Of a stretch of DNA of 63,919 nucleotides, positions 8,379 through 18,188 are shown piece after piece; within the stretch, counting starts at the first letter, position 1, and the number at the start of each line of letters is the position of its first letter. The notes beneath the pieces were generated by a model. The model worked only from the letters and a program-made list of their open reading frames with translations. It made no database searches and was not told where the DNA came from. The position numbers were made by a program, and so were the translations under genes. The DNA is from Gemmatimonadaceae bacterium (GTDB lineage: Bacteria > Gemmatimonadota > Gemmatimonadetes > Gemmatimonadales > Gemmatimonadaceae): NCBI GenBank assembly GCA_035253645.1, contig DATFBW010000257.1:1-63919 (forward strand). The letters are read 5' to 3'.

Positions 8379-10108
8379 TATGCGTCCCCCCTCGACGGAT
8401 CTGCTACGATGCTCACGGTGTCGGCGTCGAAGAGGATCGTGTACCGAAGCTCGCACTGTTGCTCGCGCGTGAGGCGCTGCGCGAGCCCCGCCGTTGATGG
8501 CGCGACAAGTGAGAGCGCATCGGACGGATGGAAGTACTTCGCGGATCCCATATGAATGCCGGTAAAGCTGCGCGCCAGCTCGAGCATGTCGATGCGCAAC
8601 GGTTCAGTGAGACGCAGCGCATCGTGGACGTCGATCCGCGAGTCCGAGAACCGTATGTGCCGCGTGAGCACGATTGGTCCTGGTACAGCGCTCGTAATGA
8701 GTCGCGCGATGAGCAGCCGGCGCACCAAATTGCCGAGCAACAGACTGCGAAAGACGGTGAGGTTGAGCAGGCGCAACAACACAAAGCGCCACGGCGTGAG
8801 CTGCTCCTGCCTAACGAGACCGAAGCGCGCGCGGATTGACACGGCGCCACCGGCCGCGGTCTGGAATTCGGAGAGGCCAAGGAGCTGCGACGCGTATGTG
8901 CGTCCTTCGCTGCGGGCGATCCACCCCGCGTCTTCGTAGACGAGCTGTTGGCGCGCGCGCTCGACAACGCGCATCAGGCCGCCCTTATGCAGGGCCGCCA
9001 CGGCGTAGTATTGATCTGTTCCCGACGCGTGCATGCCCTGCGAAAACGCGGTGTGGCCGCGCAGTGTCTCGCAGGGCAGCGGTTGGGGCGGGCGAGGCGT
9101 ATCATTTGCCTGACAGGCGGTGAGATAGCTCCCGAGCATCACGGGCAAGTTTTGCGCGTCGACCGTCTCCGGCGTCACAACCTCGGCGCGCTGCAAGCGC
9201 GCGCGCATGAACGCCGCGACGGCGGCTGCTTCCGGGATCACGCTCGCGAGCTGCTCGAAGCCGCCCGGGAACCAGAGCCGTGTATGGCGGCTACCAAGCG
9301 CCCCGCCTAACGAGCCATCCAGCTGCGGTGCGTACGCATAATACGCCACGGCCCGCCGCAGCGAGGCGAGGAGCGTTGCGTCACGCGTGCGGACCCAGAT
9401 GCGTGCGAGGAAGTCGATTCCCAGACTCTCGTAACCCGGATCATTGCCGCCATACTCCGCATAGAAGCCGTCCGGCGATTGGTGCGCGATGATGTCTGCG
9501 ACGATGCTGTCGGCCTGCGCGCGCCAACGTGGCTCGTCGCAATACTCCGATGCAGCGAGCACTCCCAGCGCGAAGAGGGCGTGATGGTTGGAGATGTACG
9601 CGTAGTCTTCGGTGGCGTTTGGCGCAAAAGCGATCGCGCGCGCCATCGCCGCTCGCACACGCGCCTGGTCATGCTCAGGGAGCGCGCTGCCTAACGTGCG
9701 AGCTGTCGCAGCCAGATAATAGCACGCGGCCAGCGACGCACCGTAGTCTTGCGTGTTCGGACCAACCGAATCGAAAGCACCGTTCCGGTGCTGGCGCCGC
9801 AGCAACTCGTCGAGTGCCGCGCGCGTCCACACGAGAAGCTCGTGCGAGTCGCGATAGCGGTTGTCCGGAAGGTCGAGGCGCCAGAGCCACGCGAGCGGCA
9901 GCATCCCTGCCCACTGCAAGACGCCAATCGGAAAATCCCTGAATTTCCACGCCCAGTTTTCGCGATCAAAACTCCCGTACGTCCGGGAAGCCGGCTCGCG
10001 GTCGATTTTTCCCAGGAAGCGTGGCACCTGCGCGAGGACGAAGGGCGCATAGATCGTCGCGCGCGCCGTATCGACCAGGACGGACTCCGTTCGCAGCACC
10101 TCAGTCAT
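8378..10108 (-). CDS. Conserved hypothetical protein, possibly an alpha/alpha-toroid (heparinase II/III or lyase-like) fold
   Basis: 576-aa soluble ORF, translationally coupled on both sides. It contains ISNHHALFALGV and several W/Y-rich helical repeats. No confident family assignment from sequence alone. Confidence 0.35.
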   Translation of the reverse strand: MTEVLRTESVLVDTARATIYAPFVLAQVPRFLGKIDREPASRTYGSFDRENWAWKFRDFPIGVLQWAGMLPLAWLWRLDLPDNRYRDSHELLVWTRAALDELLRRQHRNGAFDSVGPNTQDYGASLAACYYLAATARTLGSALPEHDQARVRAAMARAIAFAPNATEDYAYISNHHALFALGVLAASEYCDEPRWRAQADSIVADIIAHQSPDGFYAEYGGNDPGYESLGIDFLARIWVRTRDATLLASLRRAVAYYAYAPQLDGSLGGALGSRHTRLWFPGGFEQLASVIPEAAAVAAFMRARLQRAEVVTPETVDAQNLPVMLGSYLTACQANDTPRPPQPLPCETLRGHTAFSQGMHASGTDQYYAVAALHKGGLMRVVERARQQLVYEDAGWIARSEGRTYASQLLGLSEFQTAAGGAVSIRARFGLVRQEQLTPWRFVLLRLLNLTVFRSLLLGNLVRRLLIARLITSAVPGPIVLTRHIRFSDSRIDVHDALRLTEPLRIDMLELARSFTGIHMGSAKYFHPSDALSLVAPSTAGLAQRLTREQQCELRYTILFDADTVSIVADPSRGDA

Positions 10109-10782
10109 GCACGAGTGCGATACACCGCGAACTCATTCCCCCAGAACGAGTGACGCGAGACGCGCTGGAAGCGCGTGCGGGCATCGATGCAGGCGCCTTC
10201 GAGCGGATTGTGGTAGATGATCCATGCCGGACGCGGGACGCGATCGACGGACTGTTCGATGCGATCCAGGACGCCGTTGAGGACGACGTCGTCGAACGGA
10301 TTGAAGAGAAAAAAGACGGCGTCGTTAGGTGTGATCACGTAGTTCAGGACGTCGCCCTCCACGATTTGTATATCGCAGGGGGACGAAGTACGTGCCCGCC
10401 AGCGTGCCACGTTGCGCCGCGCATCGGCGACCAGCTCGGGGGCAAACTCGACGCCCACCACACGAGCGAACCCTGACTCGGCGGCCAACAACAGAACGCG
10501 CCCCTTGCCGCAGCCGAGGTCGACGAAGCCCACGCTGCGCGGAACATCGACTTCACGCATGAGGCGCCCGAACGCGAACGCAGACGTCGGTTGATACGCG
10601 CGTCCATGCTCGCGGTTGGGCCCCGCTATCGCGTATTCGTCCAGCGAGGACCAGCCTAACGTGCGGGTACCGTGCCGCACATCGTAGAAACGGTCCACAA
10701 CCGTTGTCGCCACGATACCGGCCGTGGCCACGACGCCGCGTTTGCGCACGCTGCCTAACGCCAGTTTCAGGTAGCGCAGCAA
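10105..10782 (-). CDS. Class I SAM-dependent methyltransferase
   Basis: Motif [13 protein letters not shown] followed by [10 protein letters not shown]. 225 aa. Confidence 0.8.
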   Translation of the reverse strand: MLRYLKLALGSVRKRGVVATAGIVATTVVDRFYDVRHGTRTLGWSSLDEYAIAGPNREHGRAYQPTSAFAFGRLMREVDVPRSVGFVDLGCGKGRVLLLAAESGFARVVGVEFAPELVADARRNVARWRARTSSPCDIQIVEGDVLNYVITPNDAVFFLFNPFDDVVLNGVLDRIEQSVDRVPRPAWIIYHNPLEGACIDARTRFQRVSRHSFWGNEFAVYRTRA

Positions 10783-11137
10783 CGGCAGCTCCTCATTGCA
10801 GCATGGTCATGCTGGGGGTAATTGTTCGGGTGTCCCGGAAGCGCGCCTGCCGGTCGCAAGATCAGGACCGGTCGACCCTTCACGCGCTCCCCGCCATCCG
10901 GCCCGAGGGGACGGCGAAACATCAAATGTGGTTGGCCGCGCACGCGCATTTTGCAAGGCTTGGAAATGCATACGCTCAGGGAAAACGGGACGGTGCGTCA
11001 GGTGTGCCACGCACATGTTCGGCACCGCCACAAAACCGCCCCCAAAGCCCAATCACAATAACCCGCTGCAGACGGTTCCAGGCAGATTCGTGGCGCGCGT
11101 TGTGCTCGCTGGTGCCGCGCCAAAAGGTCCCATAACA

Positions 11138-12223
11138 TTGCGGTCTCTAACGATAGGAGCGGTTACGCGGATCCTGGTGACGGGCGGAGCAGGTTTCATT
11201 GGATCGGCTGTCGTCCGGCTGGCGGTGGGGGACGGGCACCAGATCGTGGTGCTCGACAACCTAACGTATGCCGGCAACCTGGACTCGCTCCAGGCAGTGG
11301 CCGGTTCCGAAGGATTCATGTTCGAGCGCGGTGACGTGTGCGATGCCGCGCGAGTCCGTGCGATCTTCGAGCGGTATCGTCCGGATGCCGTGCTGCACCT
11401 GGCGGCAGAATCGCATGTCGACCGCTCGATAGACGGCCCGGACGTGTTCTTGCGAACGAATGTGGTGGGGTCGTACACGCTGCTGCAGGAAGCTCGCCGC
11501 TACTGGCAAGAATTGCCACGCGATGACCGCGCCCGATTCCGCGTCGTGCACGTATCCACGGACGAGGTCTTCGGCTCGTTAGGTGAAGGTGGCGCGTTCG
11601 AGGTCGACACGCCATACGCACCCAGCTCGCCGTACGCCGCGAGCAAGGCGTCCGCGGATCATTTCGCGCGGGCGTGGCAACGCACGTTCGGGTTGCCCGT
11701 GATCGTAACGAACTGCTCCAACAACTACGGCCCATATCAGTTCCCTGAAAAGCTGATCCCACTCATGATTCTGAATGCGCTCGAGGCCAAACCACTACCT
11801 GTATACGGCCAGGGAGCGAACGTGCGGGATTGGCTCTACGTGGACGACCATGCGCGTGCGTTACTCCTCGTGGCCCAACAGGGCGAGCCCGGCGAGACGT
11901 ATCTGATTGGCGGGCGCAGCGAACGCCGCAACATCGACGTCGTGACGGCCGTGTGCGATATGCTGGACGAGCGATGCGGGCTGCACGCCACCGGACCGCG
12001 CCGGAACCTGATCCAGTTTGTCCAGGATAGACCGGGACATGACTATCGTTATGCAATCGATCCCAGCCGACTGGAATCGAAGTTGGGCTGGTCGCCGCGT
12101 GAGTCCTTTGACACGGGCTTGGCCAAAACGGTCGATTGGTATCTCATGAATCGGTGGTGGTGGGAACGCGTCTTGTCCGGAACGTACCGGCGCGAGCGGT
12201 TAGGCCTCGAAGTGACATTATGA
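11138..12223 (+). CDS. rfbB: dTDP-glucose 4,6-dehydratase
   Basis: [35 protein letters not shown] and [17 protein letters not shown] are classic RmlB motifs. TTG at 11138 is the nearest start upstream of the Rossmann fold (uncertain). Confidence 0.9.
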   Translation: MRSLTIGAVTRILVTGGAGFIGSAVVRLAVGDGHQIVVLDNLTYAGNLDSLQAVAGSEGFMFERGDVCDAARVRAIFERYRPDAVLHLAAESHVDRSIDGPDVFLRTNVVGSYTLLQEARRYWQELPRDDRARFRVVHVSTDEVFGSLGEGGAFEVDTPYAPSSPYAASKASADHFARAWQRTFGLPVIVTNCSNNYGPYQFPEKLIPLMILNALEAKPLPVYGQGANVRDWLYVDDHARALLLVAQQGEPGETYLIGGRSERRNIDVVTAVCDMLDERCGLHATGPRRNLIQFVQDRPGHDYRYAIDPSRLESKLGWSPRESFDTGLAKTVDWYLMNRWWWERVLSGTYRRERLGLEVTL

Positions 12224-13164
12224 AGGGAATCATCCTCGCCGGTGGTAGCGGCACGCGGCTCCATCCCATGACACGGGCAGTTAGCAAGCAATTGCTGCCC
12301 GTCTACGACAAGCCGCTCGTGTACTATCCGCTTTCCACGCTGCTCCTGGCTGGTATCCGCGAAATACTGGTCATAAGCACGCCGGCCGATCGTGAAATCT
12401 TCGAGCGCTTGTTAGGCACCGGCGCGCAATGGGGCATCGACCTCAGGTACGCTGAGCAGCCAGTGCCGAATGGGCTGGCCCAGGCCTTTGTCATAGGTCG
12501 CGACTTCGTTGATACAGATGCCGTTTGCCTGATCCTGGGGGACAACCTTTTCTACGGCAGCGGCCTCGAGGGAAGGCTGCGCCGCGCGGCGTCGCGCACG
12601 CACGGGGCGACGGTATTCGGCTACTACGTGAAGGATCCAGAGCGCTACGGTGTCGTGGAAGTCGACGCCGACGGACGTGTCACGTCGATCGAAGAAAAGC
12701 CACAGCACCCAAAATCGAACTACGCAGTCACAGGCGTTTATTTCTACGACAACGACGTGCTGGACATCGCGCGCGACACAAAACCGAGCGCGCGCGGCGA
12801 ACACGAAATAACTGATGTGAACCGAGCATACCTGCTACGCGGAGATCTGCACCTCGAGATTCTCGGCCGCGGGACGGCATGGCTCGATACGGGCACACCA
12901 GAGGCTTTGAACGACGCGTCGTCGTTCATCCGGCTCATCGAGGAGCGCCAGGGACTCAAGGTTTCGTGCGTCGAGGAGGTCGCCTATCGCTGCGGGTTCA
13001 TCGACGTCGAGCAGCTGCTGCGGCTCGCGCACGCCTTAAAAGGGACGTCGTATGGAAAATACCTGGCGGATGTAGCGCGTGAGGCACGAGCCCCTGGAGG
13101 CGCTGTCCGGCGCAATGTGGAGGCATTCGAAGGAACGCTCAGGCCGGGAGAGGAGCTCGAGTAG
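12220..13164 (+). CDS. rfbA: Glucose-1-phosphate thymidylyltransferase
   Basis: [18 protein letters not shown]...[19 protein letters not shown] and [23 protein letters not shown] overlap with rfbB. Confidence 0.9.
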   Translation: MKGIILAGGSGTRLHPMTRAVSKQLLPVYDKPLVYYPLSTLLLAGIREILVISTPADREIFERLLGTGAQWGIDLRYAEQPVPNGLAQAFVIGRDFVDTDAVCLILGDNLFYGSGLEGRLRRAASRTHGATVFGYYVKDPERYGVVEVDADGRVTSIEEKPQHPKSNYAVTGVYFYDNDVLDIARDTKPSARGEHEITDVNRAYLLRGDLHLEILGRGTAWLDTGTPEALNDASSFIRLIEERQGLKVSCVEEVAYRCGFIDVEQLLRLAHALKGTSYGKYLADVAREARAPGGAVRRNVEAFEGTLRPGEELE

Positions 13165-13192
13165 CGTTCCTAACGAGGACGTCGTGACGCGC

Positions 13193-13921
13193 TCACAGCC
13201 ACACGTGGAAGGTCTGCACCGAGTCCACGAGCACGTATCCGAGGCGCTCGATGGCGCGAATCGTCCGATAGTTGTTCAGCTGCGTCGAATACAGGGCTCT
13301 ACGCATGTTGGCATGTTGGTACAGCCATGCGTTGGCGGCGGTAATGAGCTCCCGATAGAGACCTTTTCCCTGTGCCGACGGATCCACGGCGCCAAGCTCG
13401 AGATCGAAAGCGCGGTCCCCGGCTTCGCGGAATGCCGCGAAGCCGCTCACGGCACCCCGCTCTTCGATCACGAAGATGCGATGCGCAAAGGGGGTCCGCC
13501 CCCCGCAGATATCGCGAGCCCAGGCCGCGTAGAGCGCGTCGGCACGTTCGCGCGGAATGCGGTGGTCGACATGCCAGTGGCCCGCGTAGTCGTGGAACGC
13601 ACGCCCCGCGATCTCGACAATGCGCGCGGTGTCCCCGGCGGCATGTTGTCTAACTGCAGCGGAGCTCGTTAGGCTCTCTTCTCCGTAGACGCGCTCGAAG
13701 TAGAGCAGGGAGTCGCACAGGCGACCGCCGACCGCTTCCACGGCGTGAACGGTCGCGGCGGCGTTTGTAGAGATGCGGAATACGAGCAGCTCGACTGCGT
13801 CTGCACGAGCTACAGCCAGCGCAGCCGCCACCCCATCGGGCTCCGTGGGACGAGCCATCGCGATACGGAGCCCGAAATGCGCGGACTCCGGGGCGCGCTG
13901 CTCGATGACGTTAGGCGGCAT
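13193..13921 (-). CDS. GNAT family N-acetyltransferase (candidate amino-sugar N-acetyltransferase)
   Basis: 242 aa. Acetyl-CoA binding-like QGKGLYRELI. Adjacent to the dTDP-sugar genes. Starts M-P-P-N through an octamer copy. Confidence 0.6.
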   Translation of the reverse strand: MPPNVIEQRAPESAHFGLRIAMARPTEPDGVAAALAVARADAVELLVFRISTNAAATVHAVEAVGGRLCDSLLYFERVYGEESLTSSAAVRQHAAGDTARIVEIAGRAFHDYAGHWHVDHRIPRERADALYAAWARDICGGRTPFAHRIFVIEERGAVSGFAAFREAGDRAFDLELGAVDPSAQGKGLYRELITAANAWLYQHANMRRALYSTQLNNYRTIRAIERLGYVLVDSVQTFHVWL

Positions 13922-13973
13922 GTATCGTCAGGCCAGCTGTCTGCGCATCTGGCGCGACGGGGCGCGGCGTCGC

Positions 13974-15947
13974 CTAACCGGCGTGTGCTTCGGCGCCGGA
14001 ACTTAGTGGCCGCACATCGGCGCGAGAGGCGCCGCCGTTGCGCGTACGCGCGACACGCGATCCGTCGACAAAAGCCTGATACCAAAGTTCGAGCGACAGC
14101 AATCCCCAAAGCGAACGGCTGAAGGGCCGATCGCTCTGCAGCAATTCCTCCACGCCGCGCGGCTGATAAATCCCGCGCTCACGCGCGCTCTTCGACAACA
14201 GGGTGTCGCGCACGAAGTCGCGCACGGGGCCACGCATCCATTCGCTGAGAGGCACCGGAAAGCCCATCTTGTCACGGCGTTGCGCGACGACGTTAGGTAT
14301 GAACGGAGCCACCGCCTCGCGGAACACACGCTTGGAATCCCCACCCTGAAAGCGCACTGCCGGTGGCAGGGTCGTCACCAACTCGGCGATCCGATGGTCC
14401 AGCAGCGGCACGCGCGATTCGAGGGACACGCTCATGCTCGTGCGGTCTTCGACCTGGAGCAACGCAGGCAGCAGCGTCTTGAGGTCGAAGTTGGTCATCT
14501 TGTTGAAGTAGCTCTTGGTCGACGGGTTGTTGAAGATCTGCCTAAACGCCGCAAACATCCGATCACGGCTGTCGCGCGACCATGAGTCGCGTGTGAAGAG
14601 CGAGTCCGCGTCTTCGATGCGGCTGACCAGGCGGAAGTAACGCTGGTCCATATCGTCGAACAAACCTTCCTTGAAGAACGACTGGAGCAGTGGCCGATAT
14701 TCTCGCAGCATAGCCAGGCTTGGGGCGATGCTGTCCCACGTCACGACGTGCCGCGTGTCGTCTCCGGTGCCGTAGATCGCACCGCGCATTGCCTGCTCGA
14801 GATAGGCAACGAGATAGCGCGCGTAACCGCCGAACAACTCATCGCCGCCCTGACCGCCTAACACGACTTTGACGTGATCACGCGCGAGCCTGGACACGCA
14901 GTATTGTGGAAAGAGGCCCGGGCCCGCCGCCGGCTCATCCATCATGTAGATGAGGTGCGGCATGACGTCCACGAACTCGGCCGCGGTGGGCCAGATTTCG
15001 TGGTAGAGCGCGCCGATGCCGTCGGCGACGGCACGTGCATAACGAGTTTCGTCGTACTGGGGCCCTTCGCGGAACGCCCCGGTGAACGTCTGAAACCGGT
15101 GCGGGAACTGTTTCGCCGCGAGCGTGACGACCGTCGAGCTATCGAGACCACCCGAACAGTGCGCGCCGACAGGTACGTCGCTGCGCAGCTGCATGCGAAT
15201 GGAGTCATTCAGCAGCCACACCAGCTGCTCGCGGAAGTATTCGTCGGTGTGATGGAAGTCGAGCTCGTAACGATAGTCCCAATAGCAGACAACAGCCGGC
15301 TCCTGATCGCGTGCCGGGCGGAACGTCATGTAGTGGCCCGGCTCCAGCTTGCGGATATCGCGGAACAGCGTGCGATCGCCAAGGCAGAATTGGAACGTGA
15401 TGTACTCCTCGAGGCCGTGCCGATCGGGCTCCGAAGCAGCAAATCCGGCGGCCAGTAACGCCTTGGGTTCACTCGCGAACGCGAGCTGCTCGGCGTCCAG
15501 CGTGTAGTAGAACGGTTTAATGCCCACGCGATCGCGCGCGGCGAACAGCCGCTGCTGGCGGGCGTCCCATATCGCGAAGGCGAACATGCCGTTCAAGCGC
15601 TCGAGACAACGCTCGCCAAGCTCTTCGTACAGGTGGAGGATGACTTCCGTGTCGCTCTGCGTCCGGAACTGGTGATGCCTAACGAGCTCCCGGCGCAGCT
15701 CCACGTAATTGTAGATCTCACCGTTGAAGACGATCCAGATGCTGCCGTCTTCGTTCGACATCGGCTGCCGACCCGTTTCCAGATCGATGATCGCCAGGCG
15801 CTTGTGTCCCAGTGCGACTGGCCCATCGGCCCACTCGCCTTCGCCGTCGGGCCCGCGGTGCTCGAGCGTGTCCATCATGACGCGCAGCCGGTCGCCGTCC
15901 GGCGCGCGCTCCCGATTACGGGAGACGATACCGGCTATTCCACACAT
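13974..15947 (-). CDS. asnB: Asparagine synthase (glutamine-hydrolysing), EPS-locus type amidotransferase
   Basis: MCGIAGIV N-terminal Cys nucleophile, a full Ntn glutaminase domain, and the PP-loop CSGGLDSS. Confidence 0.9.
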   Translation of the reverse strand: MCGIAGIVSRNRERAPDGDRLRVMMDTLEHRGPDGEGEWADGPVALGHKRLAIIDLETGRQPMSNEDGSIWIVFNGEIYNYVELRRELVRHHQFRTQSDTEVILHLYEELGERCLERLNGMFAFAIWDARQQRLFAARDRVGIKPFYYTLDAEQLAFASEPKALLAAGFAASEPDRHGLEEYITFQFCLGDRTLFRDIRKLEPGHYMTFRPARDQEPAVVCYWDYRYELDFHHTDEYFREQLVWLLNDSIRMQLRSDVPVGAHCSGGLDSSTVVTLAAKQFPHRFQTFTGAFREGPQYDETRYARAVADGIGALYHEIWPTAAEFVDVMPHLIYMMDEPAAGPGLFPQYCVSRLARDHVKVVLGGQGGDELFGGYARYLVAYLEQAMRGAIYGTGDDTRHVVTWDSIAPSLAMLREYRPLLQSFFKEGLFDDMDQRYFRLVSRIEDADSLFTRDSWSRDSRDRMFAAFRQIFNNPSTKSYFNKMTNFDLKTLLPALLQVEDRTSMSVSLESRVPLLDHRIAELVTTLPPAVRFQGGDSKRVFREAVAPFIPNVVAQRRDKMGFPVPLSEWMRGPVRDFVRDTLLSKSARERGIYQPRGVEELLQSDRPFSRSLWGLLSLELWYQAFVDGSRVARTRNGGASRADVRPLSSGAEAHAG

Positions 15948-16016
15948 AGGCGCTCGAAGCGGCTGGCGAGACGGGAGAGGGGTGCGGGACGCATCCTAGA
16001 TTGGAAGACTGGGCCC

Positions 16017-17153
16017 TCACACAGTAACGGATGTTACCGCGTCGATGACCTGGCTTTGCTCAGCGTCGGTCAATTCGTTGAAAAAAGGCAGGCGCAGAAG
16101 GCCGTCCGAGACGCGTTCCGTGACCGGGCAATCACCACGCGCCTGACCAAAACGCTGGCCCATGGGTGACAGGTGCAGTGGCAGGTAGTGAAATACGGCC
16201 TGGACGCCACGGCCGCGCAATGCCTGGATCGCGCGCGTCCGGGAATCGAGGTCCGGAAAAATCATGTAGAACAAGTGGTAGGCTGGTGAGGCGTCGTTAG
16301 GCACACATGGAAGCTGCACGCCGTTTTGCGAAGCCCAACTGGAAAGCTCGCGCTGATACCGTTCGAAGATCTGCCGGCGCCGCTGCTGGATCTCCTCCCG
16401 TCGCTCGAGTTGCGCGAGGAGGAAAGCGGCAAGCAGCTCGCTCGGCAGATAACTGCTGCCCACATCGACCCACGTGTACTTGTCGACGAACCCGCGAAAG
16501 AACGCGGCGCGGTTCGTCCCCTTTTCCCGCAACACTTCGGCGCGGTCGAATAACGCGCGATCGTTGACGATGATCGCACCCCCTTCTCCGCAGCTGAAGT
16601 TCTTCGTTTCGTGAAAACTGAGCGCGGAGACTGTGCCGAACGTTCCGAGCGGTGCACCACGATATTTGCCGAACAGTCCGTGCGCGTTGTCCTCGACGAC
16701 CTCGAGGTCGTGTGCCTTCGCGATGCGGCCGATGCTCTCCATCTCCGCCGCCACGCCTGCATAGTGAATGAGGCAAATGGCGCGCGTACGCTCAGTTACG
16801 AGCTCTTCGATGCGCTTCTCGTCGAGGTTCAGCGTATCGGGGCGCACGTCGGCGAAAACCGGACGCGCGCCGCGCAAGACGAATGCGTTTACGGTGCTTG
16901 TGAACGCGAAGGACGGGACGATCACCTCGTCGTCGCGAACGAGATCCAAAAGCAACGCCGCGAGCTCGAGCGCGTGCGTGCAGCTCGTCGTGAGAAGCGC
17001 TCCAGCGCCGTTGTGTGCGGCGCTGAGGATCTCATGACACTGCTTCGTCGCTGGCCCATCGCCCGAAAAATGCCGCGCGTGCAGCGCTTGTTCGATGCGC
17101 GCGAGGGCGTCCGGCGCGACATACGGCCTATTGAATGGAATCGACCGCGTCAC
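16017..17153 (-). CDS. wecE: dTDP-4-amino-4,6-dideoxyhexose (WecE/DegT family) aminotransferase
   Basis: IPFNRP start, FHETKNFSCGEGGAI, EKGTNRAAFFRGFVDKYTWVDVGSSYL and FHYLPLH closely parallel E. coli WecE. Confidence 0.85.
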   Translation of the reverse strand: MTRSIPFNRPYVAPDALARIEQALHARHFSGDGPATKQCHEILSAAHNGAGALLTTSCTHALELAALLLDLVRDDEVIVPSFAFTSTVNAFVLRGARPVFADVRPDTLNLDEKRIEELVTERTRAICLIHYAGVAAEMESIGRIAKAHDLEVVEDNAHGLFGKYRGAPLGTFGTVSALSFHETKNFSCGEGGAIIVNDRALFDRAEVLREKGTNRAAFFRGFVDKYTWVDVGSSYLPSELLAAFLLAQLERREEIQQRRRQIFERYQRELSSWASQNGVQLPCVPNDASPAYHLFYMIFPDLDSRTRAIQALRGRGVQAVFHYLPLHLSPMGQRFGQARGDCPVTERVSDGLLRLPFFNELTDAEQSQVIDAVTSVTV

Positions 17154-17154
17154 G

Positions 17155-18186
17155 TTAGGCGTCCTGGGTCGCCCGCAAGCTCGCGCGCGAGTGGATGCTG
17201 CTATCGGCCTGCGTGGCGGATGCGATGACGTAGAGTGGCCGCCGCTTCACCTCGTCAAATACACGGCCGAGATAAACGCCCACGATCCCCAGCATGAACA
17301 GCATGACGCCGCCAAGGAAGTAGATCGAAACGATCAGGCTCGCCCAGCCGCTGACCGGAATGTCGTGTGTGAGCGCCCGCCAAAAGAGATACGCGGCCGC
17401 AGCCATCGCGCTGCCCGTTAGGAAAAAGCCCAGACGGATGGCGAGACGCAGCGGCTTGTCCGAATACGCGATGATAACGCGCGTGGCGAGCTGGAACAGC
17501 TTGCGGTAGCTGTAGCTGCTCTTTCCGGCAAAACGTGGGTGGTGGGTAACGTTGATGTTGCCGACGCGGAATCCTACCAGCATGCAAAGGCCGCCGAAGA
17601 AGCGCAGCTGCTCCGGGAACCGGCGCAACGTCTGCACGACTTGCGCGGTCACGACGCGAAAGTTGCCGATTTCCGCGTCGTAAGGCATGTCGCTCAGATA
17701 GCGGAAGCCGGCATAGAACACGCGCGACGTTAGGCGCTTGAGAAGCGGATCGTCCCGAAACGTGCGCCGCGCGATGACGATGTCGAAGCCCTCGGACGCC
17801 TTTGCCAGGAGCGCCGGAATGTCTTCGGGCGCATCCTGTAGGTCGCAATCCATGATGATGACGTGATCACCGCGGCACAGGTCCAGTCCGGCGGTGATGG
17901 CATGGTGCTGGCCATAGTTGCGGCTGAGACGGAACCCGCGCACCCTGCCGTCCGTGGCTGCGATATCTCTGATAGTGTCCCAGCCGCGATCGGGGCTCGC
18001 GTCGTCGACCATGATGATCTCGAATGAGACGCCGAGCGGTTCGAGTACGCGAATGAGCCGGGTGTACAGCTCATGCAAGCACTCTTCCGCTCCGTACACC
18101 GGTGTGACGACGGAAACCGCAACGGGGGGCCCAGTCAACCCGTCGCTCGGCGCCAAGTCCATATCGAGAAGAGTGCTGCGCGACAT
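17155..18186 (-). CDS. GT2 polyprenyl-phosphate glycosyltransferase (ArnC/GtrB-like) with C-terminal TM helices
   Basis: VSVVTPVYGAEECL, IIMVDDASPD, IIMDCDLQD and two C-terminal TM helices. Its TAA stop abuts the GTG start of wecE. Confidence 0.8.
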   Translation of the reverse strand: MSRSTLLDMDLAPSDGLTGPPVAVSVVTPVYGAEECLHELYTRLIRVLEPLGVSFEIIMVDDASPDRGWDTIRDIAATDGRVRGFRLSRNYGQHHAITAGLDLCRGDHVIIMDCDLQDAPEDIPALLAKASEGFDIVIARRTFRDDPLLKRLTSRVFYAGFRYLSDMPYDAEIGNFRVVTAQVVQTLRRFPEQLRFFGGLCMLVGFRVGNINVTHHPRFAGKSSYSYRKLFQLATRVIIAYSDKPLRLAIRLGFFLTGSAMAAAAYLFWRALTHDIPVSGWASLIVSIYFLGGVMLFMLGIVGVYLGRVFDEVKRRPLYVIASATQADSSIHSRASLRATQDA

Positions 18187-18188
18187 GC

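Noticed and set aside
10961-10976. Sigma-54-like GG-N10-GC element (TGGAAATGCATACGCT) upstream of rfbB.
   Set aside because: Only the GG/GC spacing fits. The -24 and -12 flanks deviate from TGGCAC-N5-TTGCW, so this is easily chance.
13974-15947. The second asparagine-synthase homologue as another lasso cyclase.
   Set aside because: It keeps the MCGIAG Cys2 nucleophile and a full glutaminase domain. There is no precursor-like small ORF nearby. It is typical of an EPS-locus amidotransferase.
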